NCBI GenBank assembly: GCA_002269645.1
Contig: NIVC01000255.1
Coordinates: 434,001 to 498,000, forward strand
Source: Macrostomum lignano
Taxonomy: Eukaryota
Direction of reading: 5' to 3'
Length of the DNA: 64,000 nt
The translations under genes and the position numbers were made by a program. The notes beneath the pieces were generated by a model. That model was given only the letters and a program-made list of their open reading frames with translations, was not told the origin of the DNA and did not search any database. Positions within the stretch are counted from its first letter, which is position 1. Each line of letters starts with the position of its first letter. Below are positions 1 to 12,862 of the stretch, piece after piece.

Positions 1-3000
1 ATGGCGTCGTAACAGAAGGCGCCGAAACAGATGGCGCCTTAGCTGCAGCCGATGGCACCTTAGCTGCAGCAGATGGCGCCGTAGCAGATGGCGCCTTAGC
101 TGCAGCCGATGGCGCCTTAGCTGCAACAGATGGCGCCTTAGCTGCAACAGATGGCGCCGCAGCAGATGGTGTCGTAACAGAAGGCGCCGTAACAGATGGC
201 ACCTTAGCTGCAGCAGATGGCGCCACGGCAGATGGCGCCGCAGCAGATATCGCGTTAGCTGCAGCAGATGGCGCCGTAACAGATGGCGCCGCAGCAGATG
301 GCGCCGTAGCATATGGCGCCTTATGTGCAGCAGATGGCGTCGTAACAGAAGGCGCCGAAACAGATGGCGTCGTAACAGAAGGCGCCGAAACAGATGGCGC
401 CTTAGCTGCAGCCGATGGCACCTTAGCTGCAGCCGATGGCACCTTAGCTGCAGCAGATGGCGCCGTAGCAGATGGCGCCTTAGCTGCAGCCGATGGCGCC
501 TTAGCTGCAACAGATGGCGCCTTCGCTGCAACAGATGGCGCCATAACAGATGGCGCCGCAGCAGATGGCGCCGCAGCAGATGGCGCCTTAGCTGCAGCAG
601 ATGGCGCCACGGCAGATGGCGGCGCAGCAGGTGGCGCCTTAGCTGCAGCAGATGGCGCCGGAGCAGATGGCGCCGGAGCAGATGGCACCGCAGCAGGTGG
701 CGCCGTAGCAGATGGCGCCGCAGCAGATGGAGCCGCAGCAGATGGCGCCGCAGCAGATGGCGCCTTAGCTGCAGCCGATGGCGCCTTAGCTGCAGCAGAT
801 GGCGCCACGGCAGATGGCGGCGCAGCAGGTGGCGCCTTAGCTGCAGCAGATGGCGCCGGAGCAGATGGCACCGCAGCAGGTGGCGCCGTAGCAGATGGCG
901 CCGCAGCAGATGGCGCCGCAGCAGATGGCGCCGTACCACATAGCTTCGTACTACATGGCGTCGTAGCAGATGGCGCCTTAGCTGCAGCAGATGGCGCCGT
1001 AGCAGATGGCGCCTTAGCTGCAGATGGCGCCGTAGCAGATGGCGCCTTAGCTGCAGCCGATGGCGCCTTAGCTGCAGCAGATGGCGCCACGGCAGATGGC
1101 ACCGCAGCAGATGGCGCCGCAGCAGATGGCGCCGTACCACATAGCTTCGTACTACATGGCGTCGTAGCAGATGGCGCCTTAGCTGCAGCAGATGGCGCCT
1201 TAGCTGCAGATGGCGCCGTAGCAGATGGCGCCTTAGCTGCAACAGATGGCGCCGCAGGAGATGGCGCCGCAGCAGATGGCGCCGTAGCAGATGGCGCCGC
1301 AGCAGATAGCGCCGCAGCAGATCGCGCCGTACCAGATGGCGCCGCAGCAGATGGCGTCGTAACAGAAGGCACCGTAACAGAAGGCGCCGTAACAGATGGC
1401 GCCTTAGCTGCAACAGATGGCGCCGCAGGAGATGGCGCCGCAGCAGATGGCGCCGTAGCAGATGGCGCCGCAGCAGATCGCGCCGTACCAGATGGCGCCG
1501 CAGCAGATGGCGTCGTAACAGAAGGCACCGTAACAGAAGGCGCCGTAACAGATGGTGCCTTAGCTTCAGCAGATGGCGCCTTAGCTGCAGCAGATGGCTC
1601 CACGGCAGATGGCGGCGCAGCAGGTGGCGCCTTAGCTGCAGTAGATGGCGCCGCAGCAGATGGCACCGCAGCAGGTGGCGCCGTAACAGATGGCGCCGCA
1701 GCAGATGGCGCCGTAACAGATGGCGCCTTAGCTGCAGCAGATGGCGCCTTAGCTGCAGCAGGTGGCGCCGTAGTAGGTGGCGCCGTAACAGATGGCGCCG
1801 TACCACATAGCTTCGTACTACATTGCGTCGTAGCAGATGGCGCCTTAGCTGCAGCAGGTGGCGCCGTAGCAGATGGCGCCTTAGCTGCAGCAGATGGCGC
1901 CGCAGCATATGGCGCCGCAGCAGATGGCGCTGCAGCAGATGGCGCCGTACCAGATGGCACCGCAGCAGATGGCGTCGTAACAGAAGGCGCCGTAACAGAT
2001 GGCGCCTTAGCTGCAGCAGATGGCACCGCAGCAGATGGCGCCGCAGAAGATGGCGTTGTAACAGATGGCGCCTTAGCTGAAGCAGATGGTGCCGCAGCAG
2101 ATGGCGCCGCCGCAGATGGCGCCTTAGCTGCAGCAGATGGCGCCGTAGCAGATGGCGCCTTAGCTGCAGCAGATGGCGCCTTAGCCGCAGCAGATGGCGC
2201 CTTAGCTGCAGCAGATGGCGCCGCAGCAGATGGCACCGCAGCAGATGGCGCCGCAGCAGATGGCGCTGTAGCTGCAGCTTTCGCGGTTGGCGTCACCACT
2301 ACTGGCGCAGCGGTCGAAGGGGTCACCCTTGATGCCACCGCTGTAAAGTCAACATCAAGAAGCGAGTCAGTGCACACCGCATCGGCCGAACAGTTCCGTA
2401 CAGACAGCGGGGTGCGCGCCAAGTCAGAGTTAGAGCAGTCGGTGTCCACAGCGGGAGGAGAAACGGCAGCAGACTGAGAAGCAGACTCGGGACTTTTCGT
2501 ATCCACATCAACGGCGGCCGCATTCAAGCCCGACCCCTGACTGTCTGCGCGTCTGTCTATGTAGGCCGTCAGATCCGAGACATCAAAGTCGCCCTCTGGG
2601 TGCGGGTTTTTGTTGGTGTTGGATTAGAGATCTGGGATCTGCGTTAGGGTAATGGATCTGGGAATTGGGACTAGGGATCTGGGAATTGGGATTAGGGATC
2701 TGGGAATTGGGACTAGGGATCTGGGAATTGGGATTAAGGATCTGGGAATTGGAATTTGGATTAGGGATCTGAGAATTGGGATTTTGATTAGGGTTTTGGT
2801 AATCGCGATCTGTGTTTAGGATTAGGGATCTGGGGTGTGTTTAGGATTAGGGATCTGGGATGTGTTTAGGATTAGGGATCTGGGATGTGTTTAGGATTAG
2901 GGAACTGGGATGTGTTTAGGATTAGGGATCTGGGATGTGTTTAGGATTAGGGATCTGGGATGTGTTTAGGATTAGGGATCTGGGATGTGTTTTGGATTAG

Positions 3001-3191
3001 GAAACTGGGTCTAACACGAATCTCATGTGAACAAAAACCATGCAAAATTTCTAACCATCAAACTCATCTGCAGGCCAACCCTCTTCGAACTGCCAATCAA
3101 CCTGGTGTCCGTCATTATCCGAATCGTAGCAGTGCAGTATTGGCCGCAATAGAAACAGCTTATCTGGCAGCTGGTGCATTGACTGGGACAT
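1..3191 (-). CDS. Two-exon gene (partial, runs off the left edge) encoding an acidic N-terminus followed by ~760 aa of Ala/Pro/Ser/Thr-rich repeats ([12 protein letters not shown]); mucin-like low-complexity protein
   Basis: Exon 3191-3056 (ATG; [45 protein letters not shown], phase-1 donor GTTAGA) joins the acceptor at 2595 ([20 protein letters not shown]...[18 protein letters not shown]...). The frame appears open to base 1, and repeat variants are multiples of 3 nt (15/21/24). Confidence 0.8.
2630..3000. repeat. Intronic minisatellite, ~25-bp unit GGATTAGGGATCTGGGATGTGTTTA plus shorter variants
   Basis: Directly visible tandem array inside the intron of the APS-repeat gene. Confidence 0.9.
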
Positions 3192-3289
3192 CTAGAGTGT
3201 TGCTAGACAGGAAGTCTGCTGTTGAAATTGAAAGTTGCAATGATTTTTGAAAGCTGAAAAATGGAAATTGGTTGGTAAAATGGGACTTT

Positions 3290-3680
3290 CTCAGTTACCA
3301 AAGGAGAAATTACTCAGGTACCAAAGAGGGACTTCCTCGGTAAATAAAGGGGGTTCCTCAGTTGCCAAAGAGGGAATCCCTTGGTTGCTAAAGGAGAAAT
3401 TCCCCAGTTGCTAAGGGGGAATTCCTCAGTTGCTAAAGGGGAATTCCTCAGTTGCTAAGGGGAAATTCCTCAGTTGCTAAAGGGGAATTCCTCAGTTGCT
3501 AAAGGGGAATTCCTCAGTTGCCACGGGGGGATTCCTCAGTTGCTAAAGAGAATTCCTCAGTTGCTAAAGGGGAATTCCTCAGTTTCTAAAGGGGAATTCC
3601 TCAGTTGCTTAAGGGGTTTTCCTCACTTCCTTAAAGGGGGGAATTCTTCATAGAGATGGAATTTCTTAGTTGTTAAAGGG
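3290..3680. repeat. Minisatellite, 22-bp unit AGGGGAATTCCTCAGTTGCTAA
   Basis: About a dozen recognisable tandem copies, degenerating at both edges. Confidence 0.9.
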
Positions 3681-6600
3681 AGAAGATTCCCTGGCTACTA
3701 TTGCTGCAAGGGAAACTATTGCCATCATTTGTTAATTTCTGTTACTGTTTAATTATATGATAGTGAATGATAAGACTTACCATTAAATTTATTATCACTA
3801 AAAGTTATGGCAAATTATAAAAAATTATTTGCTATAATATATAAATAGGCTATAAAAAAGCTATGGCCACAAATATATGCAAAAAAGTTGGTTATAATAG
3901 AACTTTGATAGATTGATATCAATGCTATTATATTAAGACCTATCTAATTAAAAAGGATATTTTAGAGGAAAAAATGTTCTATAAAAACTTTTGAATAGAT
4001 AAGCATAATAATTTAAAACTTATTCAACAATTAAATTAATTACAATTATAATTAATATATTGAATTTTACAAATTTGAAAAATATATTTAATATAATTAC
4101 TTTTTTCAGCCTATATGGCTATATGTACCAATACCTTAATATAGGGATTGGCAAACTTTTTTCAATTCGGGCTAGATTGAAAGACTAACTGAGGTGGCAA
4201 GCCAGGAAAAATGCACAAAATTGAGGCTATAAATGATAATTTGGTATCTTATAAAATCATTTGTTAAATTAGTTTTGCTTGAATTTTATTCCTTTGTATT
4301 TTTAGAGTCCAAAAAAGGATAAAACTTGTGAACAAATTATGAAAGTTAAACAGTGGTACAATCTAACTTGAAGCTGCTAATTGTCAAGATATCAAGAGAG
4401 AAATAGTCCAAAATTAGAAAAGTAAAGCATTGGCTTGACTTGAATCCCAGTACTAGTATTGGTAGCTCAATAGCTAATTTTCAATCTAAAACACATCTCC
4501 CTTTAAAGGTCTCCCACAGTGTCACAGCCTTTTGACTATAAACATATTTTTATACTTTGTGTGCACTAAACTGATACTATTTTAATAAGAATTCCTAACA
4601 TAGCAATATATAAATTCAAATATAGTAGAGAGAAGAAGATGTGTCTTGGATAAAATTACCTAGTTATACAATTGAATTGAATTCAAACAAAAAATATTTT
4701 AACAAACAATTCTATAGGATAGAGATATCCATGCTTGCAACAATTTTAGATGATAGATCAAATATAACCAACATTACTATACCATCATTAAAATTGATAT
4801 AGGAATTATGCCATGGGATAAAAGCTAATTTTGATTGTAAAGTTAAATGTTTTAACACAAATGATATGTATGCCTTTAGTACGAACTATGTCTATGGGCA
4901 AGCCTGCGAGCTGAAGTTAAGCTGGATTAAAAGAGAGACAGTTTGCTAAGTTAGACACTAACGTGCAAAAAATATATATGGCATAAAAGCCAGAGCCTTG
5001 AGCTGACTAAATTTCTAAGTTGCTTTACTTAGACTTAGTGACTGACTATGTGATTTGTGCAAAGATATAATAACAAAGTTGATTGATAGGCCACTTTGAT
5101 AGATAGTAAGAGTGCTGCAGGCTGACTTAAAGATGTTGCAGGCCAGATTTGGCCTATGGGCCACTGGCCACAGTTTGCCAATGCTGATTTATGCCTTAAT
5201 AAAAAAGTCAAGAATTTGAAATAAAACTAGATTTTGTCTATGACTATGGTTAACTAAACTTTAAAAAGTTTTTAAACTTTAAAAATGCATTTATTATTAG
5301 TTATATCAAGTAGGCCTATTACTTTTTTGCTTGCTAGGCCTATCACAATATCAGTGGTAAAACTAAATTTTCAAGGTGTAGGCCTATTTGAACTACTACA
5401 ATAGGGCAATAATTAAAATGGCAATGGCTAGAGTTCTGGCACCGGAACCCATTTTCTAATGCCTAATGGCTATGGATCCAGCAATGCCATTATAATATAG
5501 ATGGAACATTATATTTTTCTTTCTAAATATGGCTGATATTGAGATTTTGTTCTAGATTAAAATTTAAGACAATATGATAAGATTCAGGACGAGATGCTTC
5601 TGGCTCATTCCATATAAGATGGACATATTTGGAAAATAGAAAAAAGTCAATATTTTTGCTTGCCATTGCCTAATTAGCCAATTTTTTTACAAAATGTTTA
5701 TATTGTGCAATATATACAATCTAAGAATAAAGGAATGGTAAAATGTTGGATTAGTATGTTATCAATTGGCAAAAAGTCATTTTTGTAAAAATTTGGACAT
5801 TTTTCGAAGCAAAAGACATCATTAAGATTTTGTACCTTTTAAAAACAAATAGAAAGCTTTTGAAGGTTGAAACAAACTATAGATAAAAGTATAGTACTTG
5901 CATCATCAGATAAAAGCATTGGTGACCAAATAATCTATTATATTTTTAATGTATTAGTACCTCAAAGTTACTGAATTGACAGAAAAAAATATGTTACGAC
6001 CATAATGTTACGACCATAAGGCTGCCTTTTCTTTTGTATCTTTGTTGCCTTTTGAGTTTATATATTCTAATAAAAGAGTAGGCCTATGATTTCTAAAGAT
6101 GTTCTTAGTCAAATTTTAAAAATGTATTGCAAAATATCAAAAATGAAAAATGTTATAAGACTTTTACCTTTTAGTTTCTATATGTCAAAAATCCTGTCGT
6201 TACGACCATAAGTGTCATTTAAGGTTTAATAGCATCTATACTAATGATGATATCTATATGAAACTCTATAAATATATTCTAGACAAAATAGTCTTTCATT
6301 TAAAATATTGGTTTAGTATATTCTATTATTAGATTTCATTTTATAAGTAAAAATAACCTGTCATGTTATGACCATGCTTATATGGAATGAGCCTTCTAAT
6401 ATCCAGACTTCTTAAGATATGTTCTTAGCAGTCTTTATATGCTTCTATACTGCACTGCTGGATCCCTAGCTATTAGAAAACGGGTTCTAGTGCCAGAACT
6501 CTAGCCATTACCAATTAAAATGCTTTTTTTATGAACTAGACTGAAAATGCTCTCAAAAAAAGACTTTTTATTAATCCTTTTAGAGTGACAATTTGGCTTT

Positions 6601-7135
6601 AGCAAGCCTATTAATTGTAAATAATTCATCTAATATTAAGGGTAACAGTCCATTTCGATAATAGACCTAGCCATTTTAGTAATAGCCACTTCGGTAACAA
6701 AAAATGACCACTTCAGTAACAGCCATTTCAATAACAGCCACTTTGGTAACAATTGATTACTATAATATGTATTAATTAATATGCTCCAAAAGAATATACA
6801 AACAAACTTCGAAGAAAGAACAACAAAACACATTTGTGTGTACCGGCATATGTGTTTAACTTGTTTAAAACTAACTAAAGTGTTTTAACCAATTTATTTT
6901 GATTTCCAGATGAGTCAGATACACACACCCGAGACATCCTGTAATTGACCAAATATTGTATACTGTGTATATTAGAATCTCCTGATCTAGTTAGCGAATA
7001 GGCCTAGCAACTTAAAATTATAGAATCTACTTTTTTCATTAATTATTTAATTTTTTTCAATTTCAATGTATGCGAGCTAGCTCTAACTAAGTCCATGTTA
7101 GATTATGAGGTGGGGGCGGAGGAAGAAAATTTATG

Positions 7136-7171
<36 letters not shown>

Positions 7172-9837
7172 AGTTGGCTCAGGCAAGAAGCCTGTTTGGA
7201 CAATATATTTCTGTGTATTTAAGATTACTTCAGGAATAGGAGACAATATTTTAGCACTAGTTATTTAATTACGATTTACGAGTTTTGCAATATGGTATTT
7301 GAAAGAACGCGGAAATGTTATTAACGATACTTGGACGACTAACGAAGCGAAAGAAAAAGCAAGGAGTTAAAAAAAGTATTGCGTGAAATTTATGTATGTA
7401 GTTGGCGACTTGGTAGTAGTAGTAGTAGTAGTAGTAGTAAATTTGGCTCAGGCTTAAGGAGCCTGTTTTGCCAGTATGATCCGATGTATTTAGTATTTGT
7501 TCAAAAGGTTAAATTTTTACACGAGTTACGATGCGAGTTACGATATGGTAGACTTGGCGATTGCGGATTTTGAACTCGAGGTTTCTTCGGAACCGGTCGT
7601 CGTTGCGTTCGCACGAATTGAAGCCGGAAGATCGCGCAGATGAATCACAACGGAAGTTTGCCTCCTGTTTTACTCCGACTGCCGGGGTCCTCAATTCCGG
7701 GGGGAGGGTAGTTTCGGTCGTAGACGAGCGGTCTTCGTTAGGCGCGAGCGTTCAGAGAGGGTCCTCAGACACCGTAGTTAATGCACTTCGATTGCTTGAC
7801 TGATTACTGTTAGTAGAGTAGCGCTGCCACCACCGTAATTTACGTATTACGCGGAACGTTGAAGTCTCAGAGCTTGAAGTATTATTTGAGTTGCCGATGC
7901 ATTTCGTCCATCGTCCAACTACTCTTGTTACTCTCAACTATCTATATATACTGAATATTCGTTCAAATTGTTTCTCAATAAAAAGACCCTGACGATGTCC
8001 TAATGCAAATGGACGAAATGCATCGGCAACTCAAATAATACTTCATGTTGATATTTACCTTTATTTATCTACTCTTCATCAAGCGAGCCACTTTACCTGA
8101 TTTCTCAGAGCTTGCTTCGAGATGAGACGGGGTTATATTTTACGCCCCACAGGCAAATGACTTAAGATAAGCTATGGCTTTTAATCCAGAGATGAAGTAA
8201 TAAGATGCTGTAACTGTTGGCTTGATTATTTATTATTCGGTAAATCAAGTTATTATGGTTAAAGTAATATTACTTGAACGAGCTGCGACAGACGTTAATG
8301 TTCAGGGGTGCCGCGGTGCGGGCTTTACTCAAATAAAATTAAAGTTAGATTTTCCTTCAAGTAGTCGTTTGCGTTAAATAAACGTTATTAAGTTAAGGGC
8401 GAGGCGGAAAAGGGAGTTAAAGGGACGTCAGAGGAGAGGACAGGCGCAAGGGGCGGGAATAAATACCCAGGAAACAGGACACAAAAAGGCTTGCGAGGCC
8501 CAGAAACTGGGGAAGGGCGAAAACGCAAAGGCCAAAAAGGATTCAACAAAAATTGCCGCAGAAACACATAGAAAAACAAATTTAAAACATAAATTGGACG
8601 AACAACGCCAGAAAATGGGGCGAGGGGAACAGAAAAGGGGCAGGATACGTCACAACTTGCGCCAGGGGGTGGACAAACGGGGACCAGAATGGGGGCAAGC
8701 ATAATTTTAAAGTCCAGAAAATGTAATGTGATTAAAAATCAAATTTCAAATTGAGCAATTGGTGGTATCCGACTACCACAATTACTTTTTGAATACGCAT
8801 GATTCTTTTTTAGAAACCATTCGCTTAAACAAAATTTTGATAAATTTAATTAGTCCCTTTAAGATAATAAGTTAACTCATTCTAACAGGGCGATAAACTA
8901 AACCTAGTTACTAAAAGTTTATAAAACTATTTTTACGGCTTTATTCAATCTACTGCGTTTGACGAAATGACGAAATGACTATTTGACGAAAAGGCTTTGA
9001 CGAAAATGTCTTTGACGAAATGTCCCCTAGAAAGGAATTTTTATTTGCTTGTTATATGATTACTAGGCTTAAGTCCTCAAAATTTAAAATTACAAATCCT
9101 CGACCTTCCAATTTTCAATTTTACAGCATTATATTAATAGAAAAATATGAATTTAGCGCAAGGTATTTATATTGGCTCGACTCCATTCCTCAGTAGAACT
9201 AGAAGGTTGGGTAGGTCTAGGTTAGGACTCAGGACATCAGGTTTGGACTTAAGTCGGGGTCAAATAGGGGCAATTGGCAAGGCAGAATTTAAGCATTTTA
9301 ATTTTATTACTAACACTACGAGCTAGTGCAGTGTGTTATTATTTAAACCAGTCATGTGTACATGTACATGTAAACTTTAACCTGGCTTTGGTTAGTGTAA
9401 CATAGTATAATAAAGTTGTAAGGTTATACATGTAAATGTATATGTATGAGCAACTAACCATGACCTTACATCCTCAAGCAGACATTTGTTTGACCATTGT
9501 TGATAAATTTTCCATGGGCATTAATACTCATGCATTCTTGAACCACTGCTTAATACAAAAAATCAAACAAAAGTACATTTACAAAGTATGTCAGAACAGT
9601 TCTAGGACTGAAGAATCCTTGGGTCGAAATGCACTTGTCCATCTTTCTCTGCACTTTGATCTGCGATTTTTTATTAGAGGCAGGGGGGTTTTGTGTGCAC
9701 ACTGGCGCACTTTAAGCGACATAGGCACACAACCGGCGAGAGGCATTACTGCGCAGGCATACAAGCGCGCGGATACGTACGCAGGCACACACTCACACAG
9801 GAGTGTACAGCGGCCCTAACTTTATATTATCGTTAGG

Positions 9838-10011
9838 CATGTACATGCACTTCACTGCGCCTTGGGGGTTGGCTCTCAAGGCCGTTAATTGCACGAGCAG
9901 AGCCAAGCCGAGATTCCAATTCAGCCCCAAATTAATGTGACTGCACTTGGAATCGAGCCTGGGTCGCTGGCACACCAGAGCAGCTGCGCTACTGCTGGGC
10001 TACGGCCCCCC
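9838..10011 (-). mobile_element. tRNA-derived SINE
   Basis: The minus strand reads GGGGGCCGTAGCCCAGCAGTAGCGC...CCAGGCTCGATTCCAAG, with A-box-like (TAGCCCAGCAG) and B-box-like (GGCTCGATTCC) motifs at tRNA spacing. No clean cloverleaf or CCA end; ~110 nt of non-tRNA body follows, ending ...GTGCATGTACATG. Confidence 0.7.
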
Positions 10012-11224
10012 TTTTGATCTGCGATAGAGGATGTGATGGTAAACTGATATGGTTTCTTCCAAAATACTCCAGTCTCCAGAGTTTCATCGTTGTAGCTCTC
10101 CTTCCTGTTCTATCCATGTATAGGCCCTAGCAATCTGACAGTGCAGCTGTATCGATCTACATCAGCTATCAATGCCAATGGAAAATATGCTTTTCCATTG
10201 GATTGCTTATCAATGGATGGATGACCAAGTCATACTCATACGACACATTTTCATTGGCTCCAATTAAGCACTTCATTGAGTTGCTTTAGGAATTTAAAAA
10301 AATTGTAGGAAGCTTGAATGGATTATCATCAACTTAATATTATAATCCAAGATTTAACAAATTATATCTAATGAACCATCCACGGCCATTGCTATAGGTA
10401 GATAGTTCAATTCCTATATGTGGGTCTAACAGTGTTTGAGGCCTATGAAATGGAGGAATTATCTAGGGAATTAGAAGATCAAGGAATGGAGAGACAATTG
10501 AATTTTCCTGCTGGAGCTGGTCTGCCTGGGCCCCACTCTTGACGTCACTTCCATATCCCGGTGCTGCGGGCGGCCCCAGCATACTGCGCATCCCGCATGG
10601 AGAAGAGCCTGATGGGGACGAGAGACTGGGATAAATTTCTCTTCTCATTGAATTATGAGTTATACTGTTGCATTTGCTGAGTGATTTTGACAAATGAATT
10701 GGTCCGGATCGGACCCAGTTTCCCTTCCGCATCCCTTCTCTCTACTCTCAAGCCCCAGTCCGACGGCCGTCCCACGGGCAGCCGCTGCCGCCAGAGGCCG
10801 ATGCGGGCGGCAGTCGCAGCTCCGGGCCCGCGCTCCCGCAGCCCGCATGCAAAGTCAGGCAGGGAGGCCGTGGGGCCGCCTGCAGCAACTGCAGCGGCTC
10901 TGCCACCATCAGCTGCGCCTCAGCCTCCAAGCCGGGCCAGCAGAGCCTTCGAATGCAGCCCCGCTGTGCATGCAGTGAGCTGCAGTCAGCTGCAAGGCCC
11001 CCCTACCGCCTCTGAGAGAGGCATTCCCTGCTGAAAGCCAGAGCTGCCTGGTTGCCATGGCGACCGCAACTGCTGCATAATTCAGACTCGGAGCTTTTAT
11101 ATTGGGCTCGCATCATGGCTCGTGCTGAGGGACTGCGGACTGACTTGTGAAATTCTGAGAGACCACGGCAGAGTCAGCTGAACTGGTGAGTCTGTTGAGC
11201 ACGGGCATGAGCTGGGATTCGGCC

Positions 11225-11530
11225 CTCTTCTTCCACCCTCTACATCCGCCCTCTGCATCCGCCCTCTACATCCGCCCTCTACATCCGCCCTCTACATCCG
11301 CCCTCTACATCCGCCCTCTACATCCGCCCTCTACATCCTCTACATCCGCCCTCTACATCCGCCCTCTACATCCGCCCTCTACATCCTCTACATCCGCCCT
11401 CTACATCCGCCCTCTACATCCGCCCTCTACATCCGCCCTCTACATCCTCCCTCTACATCCGCCCTCTACATCCGCCCTCTACATCCGCCCTCCCTCCACC
11501 CTCTCCCTCCTCCCTCTCCTTCCGCCCTCT
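11225..11530. repeat. 13-bp minisatellite CCGCCCTCTACAT in intron 1 of the FReP gene
   Basis: Tandem array just after the donor GTGAGT at 11186. Confidence 0.9.
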
Positions 11531-11567
11531 TCTTCCGCCCTCTGTCTCCGCCTTCTTCTGGCGCAAA

Positions 11568-12862
11568 ACCCGACATTCCACACTCAGACCAATGCAGCTC
11601 CAACCCGCCATTCCACACTCAGACCAAATGCAGCTCCAACCCGACATTCCACACTCAGACCAAATGCAGCTCCAACCCGACATTCCACACTCAGACCAAA
11701 TGCAGCTCCAACCCGACATTCCACACTCAGACCAAATGCAGCTCCAACCCGACATTCCACACTCAGACCAAATGCAGCTCCAACCCGACATTCCACACTC
11801 AGACCAAATGCAGCTCCAACCCGACATTCCACACTCAGACCAAATGCAGCTCCAACCCGACATTCCACACTCAGACCAAATGCAGCGCCAAACCCGACAT
11901 TCCACACTCAGACCAAATGCAGCTCCAACCCGACATTCCACACTCAGACCAATGCAGCTCCAACCCGACATTCCACACTCAGACCAATGCAGCTCCAACC
12001 CGCCATTCCACACTCAGACCAAATGCAGCTCCAACCCGACATTCCACACTCAGACCAAATGCAGCTCCAACCCGACATTCCACACTCAGACCAAATGCAG
12101 CTCTAACCCGACATTCCACACTCAGACCAAATGCAGCTCCAACCCGACATTCCACACTCAGACCAAATGCAGCTCCAACCCGACATTCCACACTCAGACC
12201 AAATGCAGCGCCAAACCCGACATTCCACACTCAGACCAAATGCAGCTCCAACCCGACATTCCACACTCAGACCAAATGCAGCTCCAACCCGACATTCCAC
12301 ACTCAGACCAAATGCAGCTCCAACCCGACATTCCACACTCAGACCAAATGCAGCTCCAACCCGACATTCCACACTCAGACCAAATGCAGCGCCAAACCCG
12401 ACATTCCACACTCAGACCAAATGCAGCTCCAACCCGACATTCCACACTCAGACCAATGCAGCTCCAACCCGACATTCCACACTCAGACCAATGCAGCTCC
12501 AACCCGACATTCCACACTCAGACCAAATGCAGCTCCAACCCGACATTCCACACTCAGACCAAATGCAGCTCCAACCCGACATTCCACACTCAGACCAAAT
12601 GCAGCTCTAACCCGACATTCCACACTCAGACCAAATGCAGCTCCAACCCGACATTCCACACTCAGACCAAATGCAGCTCCAACCCGACATTCCACACTCA
12701 GACCAAATGCAGCGCCAAACCCGACATTCCACACTCAGACCAAATGCAGCTCCAACCCGACATTCCACACTCAGACCAAATGCAGCTCCAACCCGACATT
12801 CCACACTCAGACCAAATGCAGCTCCAACCCGACATTCCACACTCAGACCAATGCAGCTCCAA
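11568..12862. repeat. 36-bp minisatellite (~36 copies) CCCGACATTCCACACTCAGACCAAATGCAGCTCCAA; the last copy supplies the FReP acceptor and ATG
   Basis: Tandem array; the terminal unit reads CTCAG|ACCAATGCAGCTCCAA and continues into unique coding sequence. Confidence 0.95.

Noticed and set aside
323-2080. Plus-strand Arg/Trp-rich ORFs (RWRRSRW...) and an open ADGALAAA frame
   Set aside because: These are alternative frames of the coding repeat. Only the minus-strand APS frame links to a unique exon with matching splice phase and an ATG.
3700-7100. AT-rich stretch (and 35000-36150) resembling decayed DNA-transposon interiors
   Set aside because: No transposase ORF or definable termini and TSD by eye; needs a repeat library.
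7130-7560. Diverged ~290-bp tandem duplication anchored on (GTA)n
   Set aside because: Ordinary local duplication with no functional signal.
7500-7870. Possible structured RNA (5S/snRNA-like) or short ORF
   Set aside because: No recognisable conserved RNA motifs and no protein family signal.
9790-9820. CTCACACAGG(A)GTG(TA)CAGCGGCCCT shared with ~34225-34247, resembling a hAT-type TIR
   Set aside because: No partner inverted end or 8-bp TSD found for either copy.
9940-10011. Functional tRNA gene
   Set aside because: A and B boxes are present, but acceptor and anticodon stems do not pair convincingly and a non-tRNA body follows, so it is treated as a SINE.
11568-12862. CRISPR-like appearance of 36-bp repeats (also the 31-35 bp arrays at 14215 and 23258)
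   Set aside because: Units are head-to-tail with no unique spacers, there are no cas genes, and the context is eukaryotic.
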